From contig JASANG010004131.1 of assembly GCA_030248215.1 (NCBI GenBank), positions 248,001-312,000 of the forward strand: a DNA stretch of 64,000 nucleotides, written 5' to 3'. Every line of letters starts with the position of its first letter. Within the stretch, counting starts at the first letter, position 1. The translations under genes and the position numbers were made by a program. Below, one piece after another: positions 38,801 through 59,240 of this stretch. The stretch comes from Enoplolaimus lenunculus. Lineage: Eukaryota. A model generated the notes under the pieces. The model saw nothing but the letters and a program-made list of their open reading frames with translations. It had not been told where the DNA came from and ran no database searches.

Positions 38801-41800
38801 ATAAGCCTATTTCTAAGCCTAAGCCTACCGTATGGATAACCCTATTTCTATGCCTAAGCCTTAGTCTAAACCTAAGCAAAAAATTAGTCTAATGCTTAAA
38901 CCGACTGTATTATAGCCCCTCCGGAACGATCCGGCCTTGTTCTATACATGGGCCGTGAAACTTTAAATGGTGTTCGCTTGTGGGCGTGTGAAATTCGCGA
39001 TGCGCTCTTAAGGCCGTATTCTCAGCTGTATCCTAAATGTAGCGCGTTACTGTAAAACAATACGGTTAATTTCTAACCCAATCGTAGACACGGCTTTCCT
39101 AGGTACAAGACCTATCACAAACTGGTGATACACACAAGGTGCCGCATACATTAAACAGTACGGGACCAAAATGACATACACCGATTCAGTGGCGGATCCA
39201 GGATTCCAAAATGAGGGGCCAAAATTTCACAGGTAATAAACTTACTTTTGACCCGCACACAAACCGCGAACTATTGTCATAAAATTGCTATATAAATTTT
39301 TGTCGAGATGCTGTTGGGGGGGCACGGCCGGGGTGGCCCCCCCATGGATCCGCCATTGAACCGATTATGCTGTTTTTTGAGCGAAACAAACATGACCAAC
39401 GTTTCAAATTGTTCACAAAACATTACAACTCCGCATAGTCGAAGCGAGATAGGCGTATAAGCGTCTCTTAACCTAAAATACGATTTTAGATGAAGTGAAA
39501 AAAATTGAGCGCTGCAGACCAGGGCTAAATTTTAAAACATTTATAATTTCAGATTAAAACAATCCAGCATTTGCCAGTCGCCACTCAACTTCGGGACCGT
39601 GTACGAGCAGATTTGTTTGTACGCATTCGTTCACTGTTTCCTGAATCTTTACGAAAGAAACTCGCTGATATGAATGAAGTTATGGAGTATTTTAAAAACG
39701 GCACCGGTATGATGATGAGCTTTACACACCGGTCGTAGCTAAAGATTTTGGTTAAAGGATGCCAAACGATATTTATAAGCTTACCTTTCGGCGTTGCGCG
39801 GCAAGTATAGCGATAACTCTAAGACTGTGTATAATTACTAAAAATGAATACTGACAAAAATAAACGTATCCGATTCGAGCAACGACCAATGTAAATATCA
39901 GGGGCGGAACAGTATTGTACGCATATTCCTAAGCCTAAAGCGTAAGAATGAGCATATTCCTACGCATAAGCCTAAGCATAAACGTAAGCCAAACAAAAAA
40001 TAGCCTAAAACTTAAGCGTACTTTTTTCTAGTCCCATAGAAAAACGTTCCGACCCTGAATTTTTACGCGGGCCCGAGTAACCAGCTGAGCAACAAAATGA
40101 CATTTTGTTTAGAAAGCATTGCGCATAGGATTATGCCACAATACCACTGATAACTGCTTGCGGATATATCGTTTTACAGGGCTGCTCGCAAGCTCAAGTA
40201 TATTTGGAGCAGCTGTGTTGAAAACCGATCCGTTATACGAGCCAGATTTATTGATTGAAATGAAACCAATTGGAATACTTGGATTCAAAGAAATGATCGA
40301 AGATTTAAACTACAGCGAAGAGGTGAAGTGGTAGTGATTAGTGAAGCTATTCTGCATAGCCTGCGAAGAACTTGTTCGCAAAACAGACACAGAGGGGGGC
40401 AAGGGGGGCGTCCCTCGTCAGAAAATTTTTTATGATAAAATGGTAAAATCATAACCTTAGAAATTTTACTTTTGTGCGGCGAAAATAGCTTACGGATTCT
40501 CCATTGCGAGGTGTTTTTCAGAAATTGCTTGATCCGCCACTACCTAAGCGTCCATCATTGCAGATAGCAATCAGAAATTGGTTATAGGCAGAAAAAGATA
40601 TATAACTAGGGTGTAAACGAATAGTAAAAATAACGGAAACAGATAGTGATCAAAATGACGGAAACGGAAAACCGATATTGAAGTATAAAAGTTTCAAAAA
40701 TGTTTTCTCCGGTCTTTCAAAGTTTTCAAAGAAAAAATGCCGCATGCATCAAAATTATTAAGATTTTGGATGAATTCCGTAAATCTTGTTAAATTTCGAA
40801 CAATTGCAGCATATCTATAACAAAAATGCGAGAAAGATACGTGACTTATAACTAATTTTGAACGTAAAAATAACGTAATTTCCGTTATTTATATAACGGA
40901 AACGGATAGCGATTTTGACCGGAAACAGAAATCCAGTTACACACTGTATATAACGAAATATACTTTGAAGGCCGGATATAAAATTTTCAGCACGAGGAAG
41001 CGTTGCTTGCTAATCCCTATTGTAAGGACAATGACTCTGAATCAAGCCATCCACTGTGATTCACAAGATTTGAACATTTCGTTGATTTTCAGGCGAGCGG
41101 AAAAATATCGTTTTATTTAACACTAACAACAGTAGTGTAGGTTTTAGACGAAGCGTTTGATGGATCCAAACGGCGACTTGGCTCGTGACGGAGGTCTACA
41201 GATTACACTGACCGTGTTGAATCCATTCTCAGTCGGGACTATGTGGCTTCAAAAACGAATCAATCGAACTGGACTGGACCCTGTGATCAATCCAAGCTAT
41301 TTACAAGATGATCGTGATTTGGTAACATTAGTGAAAGGTGAATAGTAGTTTTGTGCCTGTTGGCAGAAAATATAAATTCATATCAGGGTGCAACCGGAAT
41401 TATAAAACACCGGAAACGGAGCCGGAAAGTCAAAAAATACCGGAACCGAAACCGGAAAACAAAAAAATTCTTGTTACCGAAACATTAATTTTTTACGCTA
41501 TTTTATCGCTTTTGATGGTGTAAACACACCATTCAGAATGCCAAAATACTGAAACAAATGCAGTAGCTGTAAATGTATGATAAATTATAAAGTATGACAT
41601 GAATTGAAAATTTTGGCAATGCACACTCAGACAATTGTAGACGAATAACTTACAATAATACGTCAATTTTTCTTAAATTTAGGAATGAAAAACAATTTTC
41701 AATTTTGTACAAAAGTTTTAGTATTAAGTGGGTTTCTTGTAGTGCTTATTTCGGTCGTTTTGAACAAAGTTCACAACGAAAATTTCTGATTTTGAACGTA

Positions 41801-43143
41801 ATTAATGGTACAATATAGAGTAAGGTTATACTTATCAACAATAAATATTCGGCAATGTTGAATACAATAGCTGGAACCGGTAGTTTTTTTTCGCCGAATC
41901 TGGATATCCGGTTGAACCCCAAACGGCCCGTTAGTGAATAGGGTCCATAAACCTTAAGCAGAGTCTATATGAGATGATAGCAGACGAATGGCCTAACTGC
42001 TCAAATATGTAACAGACACTCAGACTCAGACAATCCGCATAAACTTCATTAGGTCCAGAAAACTGGTTAACGGGCATGGCCAACAACAAACATGTTTCGC
42101 AGCAAATCAATTCTGTCCAAACGAAATAATACAAGGGTACTGGATCCAACTAATGCTGTGAATTAAATATAAATAATATGCGTTAACCGAATAACAGGAG
42201 GTACCCTCCGTGGAGGCAAAATAAATATCAGTCACACTTTTATTCGGTCACTTCAGTATACAGTTCGCATATGACTGAAAGTGAAAGAACATAAGTTTGG
42301 TTTCGACTACGGAAAAACACGTCGACCGCTTGCTCAAGTTTATATTTTACACTTATAACTAAATCCATTTCAGCTAATTTTGTTGAGATATATTTCACAT
42401 AAACAAGCGGCAAACTGAAACACACCTCGCTGACGATACGATAATACTCGGAGCTATTATCAATAAATTTTAGGTGCTCAATTTGTCGAAGCCATGATGG
42501 AATCCGATTACATGAGCTTGCTGAATGCAGATTTGATTAAACCACAATTTAAAAATTGTCCAACAACACAAAGTACTACAGCGTATTGGCGATGTGCTAT
42601 GCGGCATTTGGCGACAACAGGCGATCACATCACAAGCACAAATGCGATGCTACAAGTTACCGAACCTGACTTGAAGTAAGAATGAATGAAGTTTCTTTTT
42701 TCAATTGTTTATTTGAATAGTAAAAGTGTTCCTGTGACTAAATTCGTACGACCGAAAGTGGTCAAAAACTTCCGACTGGGTGTCGCGCAATGTGTAATTG
42801 CGAAAAATGCTTGCAAACGCAGCAAGCAAAGAGCCAAACGGAATTTTTTTGATTTATCTTAAATGCCAAATTTTCATTTTAGTCCCGGTGGGGGGCATTG
42901 CATTAGGCCGCGTTAGATCCGGCGGTTGCGGTTGGCGGTAGTTAGATAATCGTAAGCATATGGTTGCTGTATATTTTTAGGGTCAGAGGTGTAACACGCC
43001 TCAGAATTATTGACGAAAGTGTTTTCCCGGAACCAGTAACCGGAGGTGTACCAGCTTCAATTATGGCAGTCGCGAACAAAGGAACGCAACATATAATGGA
43101 GAATAATATAAACGCATGCTTTGTTGCAAAAATGAAAAGTTGA
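32842..43143 (+). CDS. GMC (glucose-methanol-choline) oxidoreductase family flavoprotein, glucose dehydrogenase-like, 658 aa, 12 exons
   Basis: Exons 32842-32956, 34353-34499, 34904-35106, 35826-36021, 36305-36490, 37341-37438, 38415-38594, 39553-39706, 40180-40322, 41148-41337, 42474-42675 and 42981-43143. All are GT-AG and phase-consistent (1977 nt, no internal stop). Motifs: YDFIVIGSGYAGSLVASRL..VLLIEAG (FAD Rossmann fold), GKSLGGSS, EIILSAGGVGSAKLLIQSGVGP, DPVINPSYL, YWRCAMRH, VRGVTRLRIIDESVFP. Hydrophobic N-terminus. ATTAAA at 43201. Confidence 0.92.
33955..34147 (+). mobile_element. GGCC-TIR MITE with (GCCTAA)n, GMC intron 1
   Basis: GGCCAAAT..ACATGGGCC ends; family-typical AGTATAAGCATATTC leader; degenerate TSD GAAATTCT/GTAGTTCT. 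Confidence 0.78.
37530..37750. mobile_element. CACTG-terminated palindromic MITE, GMC intron 6
   Basis: TA|CACTGCAAAAAA..TTTTTGCAGTG|TA; homologous to 17851-18049. Confidence 0.85.
38608..38954 (+). mobile_element. GGCC-TIR MITE with higher-order (GCCTAA)n array, GMC intron 7 (young copy)
   Basis: Perfect 17-bp TIR GGCCCATGTATAGAACA / TGTTCTATACATGGGCC; perfect 8-bp TSD GTGAAACT. Confidence 0.93.
39187..39358. mobile_element. hAT-like MITE (CAGTGGCGGATCC TIR)
   Basis: Copy of 4084-4261; TSD CACCGATT/AACCGATT. Confidence 0.85.
39884..40073 (+). mobile_element. GGCC-TIR MITE with (GCCTAA)n, GMC intron 8
   Basis: Degenerate TIRs; TSD CGAGCAAC/CGAGTAAC. Confidence 0.8.
40607..40946. mobile_element. 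hAT-like MITE with ACGGAA repeats
   Basis: Ends TAGGGTGTAAAC and AGTTACACACTG; perfect 8-bp TSD TATATAAC; homologous segment at ~790-1002. Confidence 0.82.
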
Positions 43144-43355
43144 TTGCACTGATGAATGAAAGTTACGTTTTTACAGGTGCAAAATACATATGAATACAAA
43201 ATTAAACATTATACATGTTTTCTTCTATAAACTTTTGGAAATTTTTGCACGGGAATTTGACTCGTGATAAGCCAGGAAAAAACCATGTGACCACATTGCT
43301 ATAGGATGCAAACGGAGACGAAAAAATACCTAAACACAGGTTAACAAATTTTTTC

Positions 43356-43833
43356 CCGGGACAGCAATGTACCAGGAGTACATTCAAAAAATATAATTGG
43401 GAAAGCGGGAGAGTTGGGACAGATGAGACAGTGGGGACACTTGAGACAGATGGAACACTTGGGACAGTTAGGACAGATGGGACAAATGGAATAGTTGGAC
43501 AATTGGGACAGTTGTTACAGTTGGGACAGATGGAACACTTGGGACAGATATATATGTGTATATATGTATACATATGTATATGTATATATATGTATATATA
43601 CATATATATACACATATATATACATATATACACATATATGTACATATATACATATTTATGCACATATATACATACATATATATATCCACGTAAATATATC
43701 TGCCTGTGCATATGTAAACAGGAGCGCATAAGTGTGCACTCCGGGTATATTTGTGTCCCGGGAAATTGGGACGGGTACTCCTGGTACATTTCTGTCCCGG
43801 AAAAATGGGACGGCCTTTAAAGTAACATTGGCC
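43356..43833. mobile_element. Composite element: sub-terminal inverted repeats around a GGGACA minisatellite and a (TA/CA) microsatellite, ending in a GGCC-family TIR
   Basis: 26-bp inverted repeat with one mismatch (43356-43381 vs 43775-43800); GGGACA 9-mer repeats ~43415-43547; TA/CA tract 43548-43700; terminal AAAGTAACATTGGCC. Confidence 0.75.
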
Positions 43834-43999
43834 GAAGTTACCATAGTAAATCACTATATTGTTTTACCAAACAGGTAACTACTGGAAGTGTGCTTCTTGT
43901 TTCGGCAAAAACTCGACCTACCGGCCGGTAGAATTTTTGCCGCAAGTTCTGGCAATTGCAGAGATGAATATTTTCGGATCTATATTTTGCAGTTTTCAA

Positions 44000-44848
44000 A
44001 ACTTAAACATTGCTGATTTAGTAAAAAAATAAGCGTAAAGCCAAAACTCAAAACTTTTTAAAAGATATTTGCTTAAATTAGCAAATTGATCATTGTATCC
44101 ACCTATTTCACAATTACCTTCGGTTTCGGCAACTGTTGATGAACCCAGACTCTTGTGTTTTACTGCCGGTTGAACAATTGCCTACACTAATGTCTAAGCA
44201 AAAATTAGTTTAACGCTTAAACTTACTTTGCAATGCAGTCCCCCGGAAAAACGGCCCGCTCCTGATCTTTACATTGGCCGGAAAACTTGAATATTGCTGA
44301 TTTAGTAAAAAATAAGCGTAAAGCCAAAATTCACCACTGTTTTAAAGATATTTGCTAAAATTAGCAAATTGATCATTGTATCCACCTATTTCACAATTAC
44401 CTTCGGTTTCGGCAACTGTTGATGAACCCAGACTCTTGTGTTTTACTACCGGTTGAACAATTGCCTACACTATGTATAAGCAAAAATTAGTTTAACGCTT
44501 AAACTTACTTTGCATTGCAGTCCCGCGGAAAAACGGCCCGCTCCTGATCTTTACATTGGCCGGAAAACTTGAATATTGCTGATTTAGTAAAAAATAAGCG
44601 TAAAGCCAAAATTCACCAGTTTTAAAGATATTTGCTAAAATTAGCAAATTGATCATGGTATCCACCATTTCACAATTACCTTCGGTTTCGGCAACTGTTG
44701 ATGAACCCAGACTCCTGTGTTTTTGACTGCCGGTTGAACAATTGCCTACACTAATGTCTAAGCAAAAATTAGTTTAACGCTTAAACTTACTTTGCAATGC
44801 AGTCCCCCGGAAAAACGGCATACTCCTGATCTTTATATTGGCCGGAAA
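44000..44848. repeat. Near-identical tandem triplication, unit about 283 bp
   Basis: Three copies beginning AACTT(A/G)AA(C/T)ATTGCTGATTTAGT at ~44000, 44285 and 44566, each ending in a MITE 3' end (..CTTTA(C/T)ATTGGCCGGAAA). Confidence 0.93.
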
Positions 44849-45554
44849 GTGTAACACTAATCCTAAGCGTAAAATAAAATCTCAAAACCGTAGTCTACTC
44901 CTGATGGACTCCAGAGAAAAACTTCATCACTCATTAGTATATCTACTGCACTCATGAACATACGGACCGTAAATTTTATGTAAAAACACAAACGTCAAAC
45001 AGAAACAAAAACTTAATTTTCAATACAATAGCTGTGAAACCAAAACAATTCTAAGAAAATGTCTATTTGTGTTTGTTAAAGGAATTCAATATTCATGGCA
45101 TGCCTCCAAATACCGCAATTTCTGACTTACTTACCCGACTATAGTAAGAAAAGTTTAAATTTTAAATTTCCTATAGCTATAACGTTATATTTCTATTGTA
45201 GAAAACAAACAAGCTATATAGGTTAATAACGGAACCCGTATACAAACTTAACACAACCGCTAATACCTAATGATCAGGCTATCACACATAACTAACATAC
45301 ACAATATTTATTTAAGATCCTGTTCTATACATGGGCCAAAATCACAATCGATGTAACTAGTTTCTCAATACGCATTTTTTATAAACTTGCAATAGCCTGA
45401 CCGTACCATCCACTTTTTAGTATTGTAAAATTATATTCATCAGAGACAATGAAAGCACAAAACAAACCATTTTTGATTCTTCCAACGTTCATTGTAATGG
45501 GCTAAACGCCGCATCAGCGCAACACTCTTCCACATAATGGAATGAAAGCACAAA

Positions 45555-54728
<9,174 letters not shown>

Positions 54729-55363
54729 TCCTATCTTTTCGAAAGTATGTATTACCAGTGATCGCTCGCGTTGTGTAAGACAAAGTCAATTTTTGAAAAA
54801 TTCTGAAAATACTGAAAATACAAAGAGAATAACTGCAGGCATACAAGAGCGAAACTCTTTGATTTCGCTTCACTTTCATGTCAAAGAACGCAAAAACTAA
54901 TACACTAGCTAAGTATATATCTGCAACGATTGAGTGCAAACTCAATTCATGTTTCAATTTCCAGTCGAAATAATGTATTTTTGCCTAATATTACTGTTAT
55001 CGGTATTATATTAAACCAAACCAGATCCGTAACATAAACTAAACTTAAGCTTAATCCTGTCCATTCTCTGATAAGACGAGCGCACCAATTGGAATATGAG
55101 ACGCTTTTAGTACATCGCTGGTTTTCCAATGGAACAATCGGTGAGTAATATATCTGTTCGCATGTTTACGAAGAACGCCCGTGTCAAGAATAGCGGCCTG
55201 TCTACTGAGCATAGTATCTATTAGAGTCGTTAAAAAGCGCCGCTTTTTGTCTTTTCGGTATTTGAAAAATATATTTTGTTTGAAGATGGTAGATCGTCGG
55301 CTGAACGGTTCAGCTCTATTGTAAGCCCATCCAGACATTTGTATAGACCGAAAAAAAACTAAT

Positions 55364-56971
55364 TATGCAAATTCCACAATATCATGCTTACGCCAGGTGA
55401 CTTTTGACGGGGTACTGTATTGCCCGAATAAGAGGGGGTATTAAGAGGGGGGTCCCCATTTTGGGTTGGAATCGAGTCCGTATCCCTAATAAGAGTCCGT
55501 AAGCGGATAGAGTCCCTAAACTCTAATTAGAGTCTATAAATGTCACTTAACCCTAATTGTAGCACATAAATGGCTCCAGGACCAAATAATTTGAGTTCGA
55601 AACTTTAAAGCGTACTTTAATTTTCAAAGTACATTCCTAAGTATAACATTTTATTATCGCTCAAACTATTGGAACGTGCAAATATACGTTTAATTCAACG
55701 GATAATGCAGTACCGGATATATATCAGTAACGAAGGGCGGCGGAGAGTGGGTTAAAAATAAATAACAGTCCGTAACCGAATAACAAGTGGGGCTCCCTCT
55801 CGCTCGCAAATGATCAATGTGTACAAGGGACGGTATGTCAACGGACACTGTCGGACATTTATGCAAATATCATATGAGATTCCAAAATTTCAATGAATAT
55901 CATGATATTCAGCGGGTCAGTGTAACCTTGGGGTACTAATAAATAAATGAAAAGTTGGACGGCAGAGGCACAAACGTGCTTAAAATACCAAATACATGCC
56001 TGCAAATCGTTTCCGACACAAAATCGCTTAAAACCACAGTTTCATAATTCAAAAATTCAAATTTCGAATTCAAGTACCATATGATATTCAACAGGACAAT
56101 TTGGGTATGTTACCTCAACTATGCAGACATTTGAAAATATATCATATGATATTCGCAGACAATACCTCGAATATCATATGATATTGAAGGACAAAAGGTG
56201 ACCTACACATGATATTAGCAGACAAATACGAATTTTTGAATACGATATGGGGTCTACAAGCAGACAAAATGTGACCCAATAGTGTAATAGGGACAAAAAG
56301 TGTTCCAAGCCCCGCATGAAGCATTATGGCTTCAGTGTGCAGCGCACTGAATCATTTTTGCCTTCAGTGTGTGGCATGCAGCAACTTTTTATGGGCCATT
56401 TACGTTAAAATGCGCGCACATTTGTAAATAAATCTCCCTCCCTTTTGGGTACTCGCGTTGTCCCTACCCACTCTCTTTATCCACTGTCTGCGATGTCAAT
56501 ATACTATTGGCTGAACCTTTAGGCAATGAATATGCTCTCGGCATAAATATTTACTTGTCCTTTCATCATTATCAGGAATTGTTATTGTCCATAGTCCCTC
56601 AGAAAGGACTCAATTTTTGCGTTGTGCGCACAGCGTGTGTTTATAAATGTGTGCGCGTGCACTAACGTGTCCGGACATCCTACAGACAACATGTATTTGT
56701 TCATAGTCCCTTCCGATATGGTCTACACAATTAACACTATCTATGTTACAGCTATGAAACTGTACCTTGCCTCCAACTAGGATGTGTATTTTGATGCTGT
56801 TCCAAATGCGTTGGGCGAACATTCGTTACATCGGCGCGTGCATTTTAACGTGGATGACCCATTAATAGCTTCAGCGTGCAGCACACTGAAGCTTTCCTGG
56901 TTTCAGCGGTCATCACAAACTACTCCTTCAAAAGTCACCTAGTATACGCATGGTATTGTGGAATTTGCATT
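55364..56971. mobile_element. 1.6-kb non-autonomous DNA transposon with ~50-bp TIRs and two nested MITEs
   Basis: ATGCAAATTCCACAATATCATGCTTACGCCAGGTGACTTTTGACGGGGTA at the left end is the imperfect reverse complement of TACTCCTTCAAAAGTCACCTAGTATACGCATGGTATTGTGGAATTTGCAT at the right end. Nested inside are a pogo-like MITE (55415-55800), ATATCATATGATATTC repeats (~55865-56230) and an inverted-repeat element (~56393-56860). Confidence 0.78.
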
Positions 56972-58427
56972 AGATTCGCGCAACGTGGTCGAAAACGTGA
57001 CTTATTTTTATAACACTTTGAACTGACTATGTGCTGATTATTTTGCAAAACAAGAAGTCATGTAAATTTACATTTTGTCAAGCTATCACCTACCATTATG
57101 CCTTGTATATATACTCGATATATGAAAATGTGGAGCTAAATAAACGTGAATCTACTGGCACATATTATATAGTATACAGAAAATTGGGTTTCATAAACTT
57201 AAGACGACCCACCCCCAGCAGAAATTTTTTGTTCAGCTTGTGTTGTTTGGTTATTTTGTGTTCCTTATTTAAATTAAAGTTGCCAAGAAATAGAACACTG
57301 GCATTTTTCAAAAAATACAAAGCAGTTGGACATCTTTGAAGTAAAATTTTTTATAAATTTTTTATACGCTATTACTAATACCTTGGTGGCTAAATGGCAA
57401 GCGCCAGAAATAGCAATTTCTCGATAGAATTCTAATTTCCCAAAACCCCAATTTCCCGGGTAATGTCCAAACTTCTCAAAATCCGTGCCCGGGTAGTTTC
57501 CTTACTTACTATCTCATTCATCACATCTCCAAGCGAAAAAATTACGCCCGAAATTCCAATTTCATGGGTCCCACTTTCCCAAAATTTCAATTTTCCTGGT
57601 TTTAATATCCGCGGGTTTTTGGAAGAACTTTTTCAGTACATTGGCCTCCAACTTGGTTTTAGCAACGCAATTGCTGTGCCGTGGAAAATATTTTTGTGTG
57701 TTGCATTCATATGTATGTTGACAATTGAAGAAAATGCCACTTTTGCAATCAAATGGAAATATTATAAAATGGCTTATGTGAGAATTCACTTGGCTAGTGT
57801 AATAAACAGCAGACAAAAGACGCAAAGTTAAACATACTCTTACGTGGAAGGTTTTGCAGCCAACATTTGCAGGTACAAGTCAAGTAATTCACTGCAACTT
57901 ATGCTATTAAATTTAGTTCGCAAGTGTGAACACTGTTCTTTTATTAAATTTAATTCGCAGGTGTGAACACTGTTGCAATTTGACTTAATTTATTGCACCT
58001 GCATTTTTTTGGCCAATCGGAAACTGTTGTTGACTGCATCTTGAATTGATTCCAACATCAACTTTGTTCCTTGATGTTGGCTATTACTTTGCTGATACCG
58101 ATGCCGAAGCCGATTCCAATTTGAATACACGATACATTACATCATTATGAACGCTAGGTCTAAAACCTTATGCCGATTAATAGGCACTCTGCAAGTTATA
58201 TATTCATATACATCATATGATTAGGAATGTAAAATATTTTTTGCAAATACTTGCAGTTACAAGTCTCTTGCGTAAGTAGCAGCTGAAATTTTATTGAACA
58301 TATGTTAACAATGTGAGACATGCTTGTCTTGGTGCATATGCAATATATATGCAATGAACGTGTGTAGTATGCTTACCGAGAGCATACGGTCGACATATAT
58401 AGTCGACGAAAAATGCAGTTGCACAGG

Positions 58428-58735
58428 CGGGTGCGTAGTGCAGTGGTAGAATATTCGCTTAGGATTCATAGGCTGAGAGTTCGGTCCTCGAGCTGGAGGT
58501 CCGCGTTTCTAGGCTGCCTAGTTGAAAGGTCTGATGTCCCTGTTTCTACCTAGACTGACATGGGGGACACGCCGTGAGCGCAATGGTAAAGTTTCGCGCT
58601 ATGAACACGGCATTCAGTCGAAAATTGGATAGACGGTCAAGTGACGACAGTTCGATCCCCGCTTCGAAAGCCCGCTTCTCCAACTGCTTAGTTAAAGGTC
58701 TGAAGTCCCGGTTCCTACCTAGACTGACATTGGGC
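58428..58735 (+). repeat. Two tandem tRNA-like (A/B box) modules with a shared ~60-bp tail
   Basis: A boxes at 58436 (TAGTGCAGTGG) and ~58575; B boxes at ~58477 (GAGTTCGGTCC) and ~58648 (CAGTTCGATCC). Each is followed by ..TAGTT(G)AAAGGTCTGA(T/A)GTCCC..CTACCTAGACTGACAT. Confidence 0.6.
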
Positions 58736-58928
58736 TTTTAGTTTTCGTGTGAGACAAACGTTTGCTTGCCAGGGTTCCAAGGGAACTACGATATACTGGA
58801 ACAGGAACATGAACAGGAATTGAATTTTTGCAGGAACTGGAATGTCAGAACTGCGCGGTCGAGACGACCCTTTCCTCGAAGTACTGCGAATATACATGGT
58901 TTTCTCCCTACATTTCTCCAAAACATAT

Positions 58929-59004
58929 GGCCACGTCGGGAATGAATCGAACCTCGGATCTCTCGCGCGCGAGTCAAGCGCGCTACCTACTACTCCACGC
59001 GGCC
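58929..59004 (-). other. tRNA-like pseudogene or SINE-head module (copy 1)
   Basis: GGCCGCG..CGTGGCC acceptor stem, GGTTCGATTC B box, disrupted T arm; part of a ~190-bp direct repeat (58842-59030 vs 59141-59338). Confidence 0.6.
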
Positions 59005-59240
59005 GATATCGTATTTTCCTCAAGTACTATGTACATGTGTCTTCCATTACATACGCTGTGCACATATATACATGTTACACCACATATACCAAAATTCCCT
59101 TCTTCAGGCGGTCGTCCCGGACCGCGAATCCGGGACCTCCATGTCAGAACTGCACGGTTTGGACAACCCTTTTCCACGACCCTTTTCCTCGAAGTACTGC
59201 GAATATACATAATTTTCCCCTAAATTTCTCCGAAACATAT

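Noticed and set aside
38645..38880. True telomere or chromosome-fusion site
   Set aside because: The arrays are short, interrupted and enclosed by TIRs and TSDs within introns.
43202..43854. Several Tyr/Ile-rich ORFs up to 195 aa
   Set aside because: They arise from TA/CA microsatellite and GGGACA repeats.
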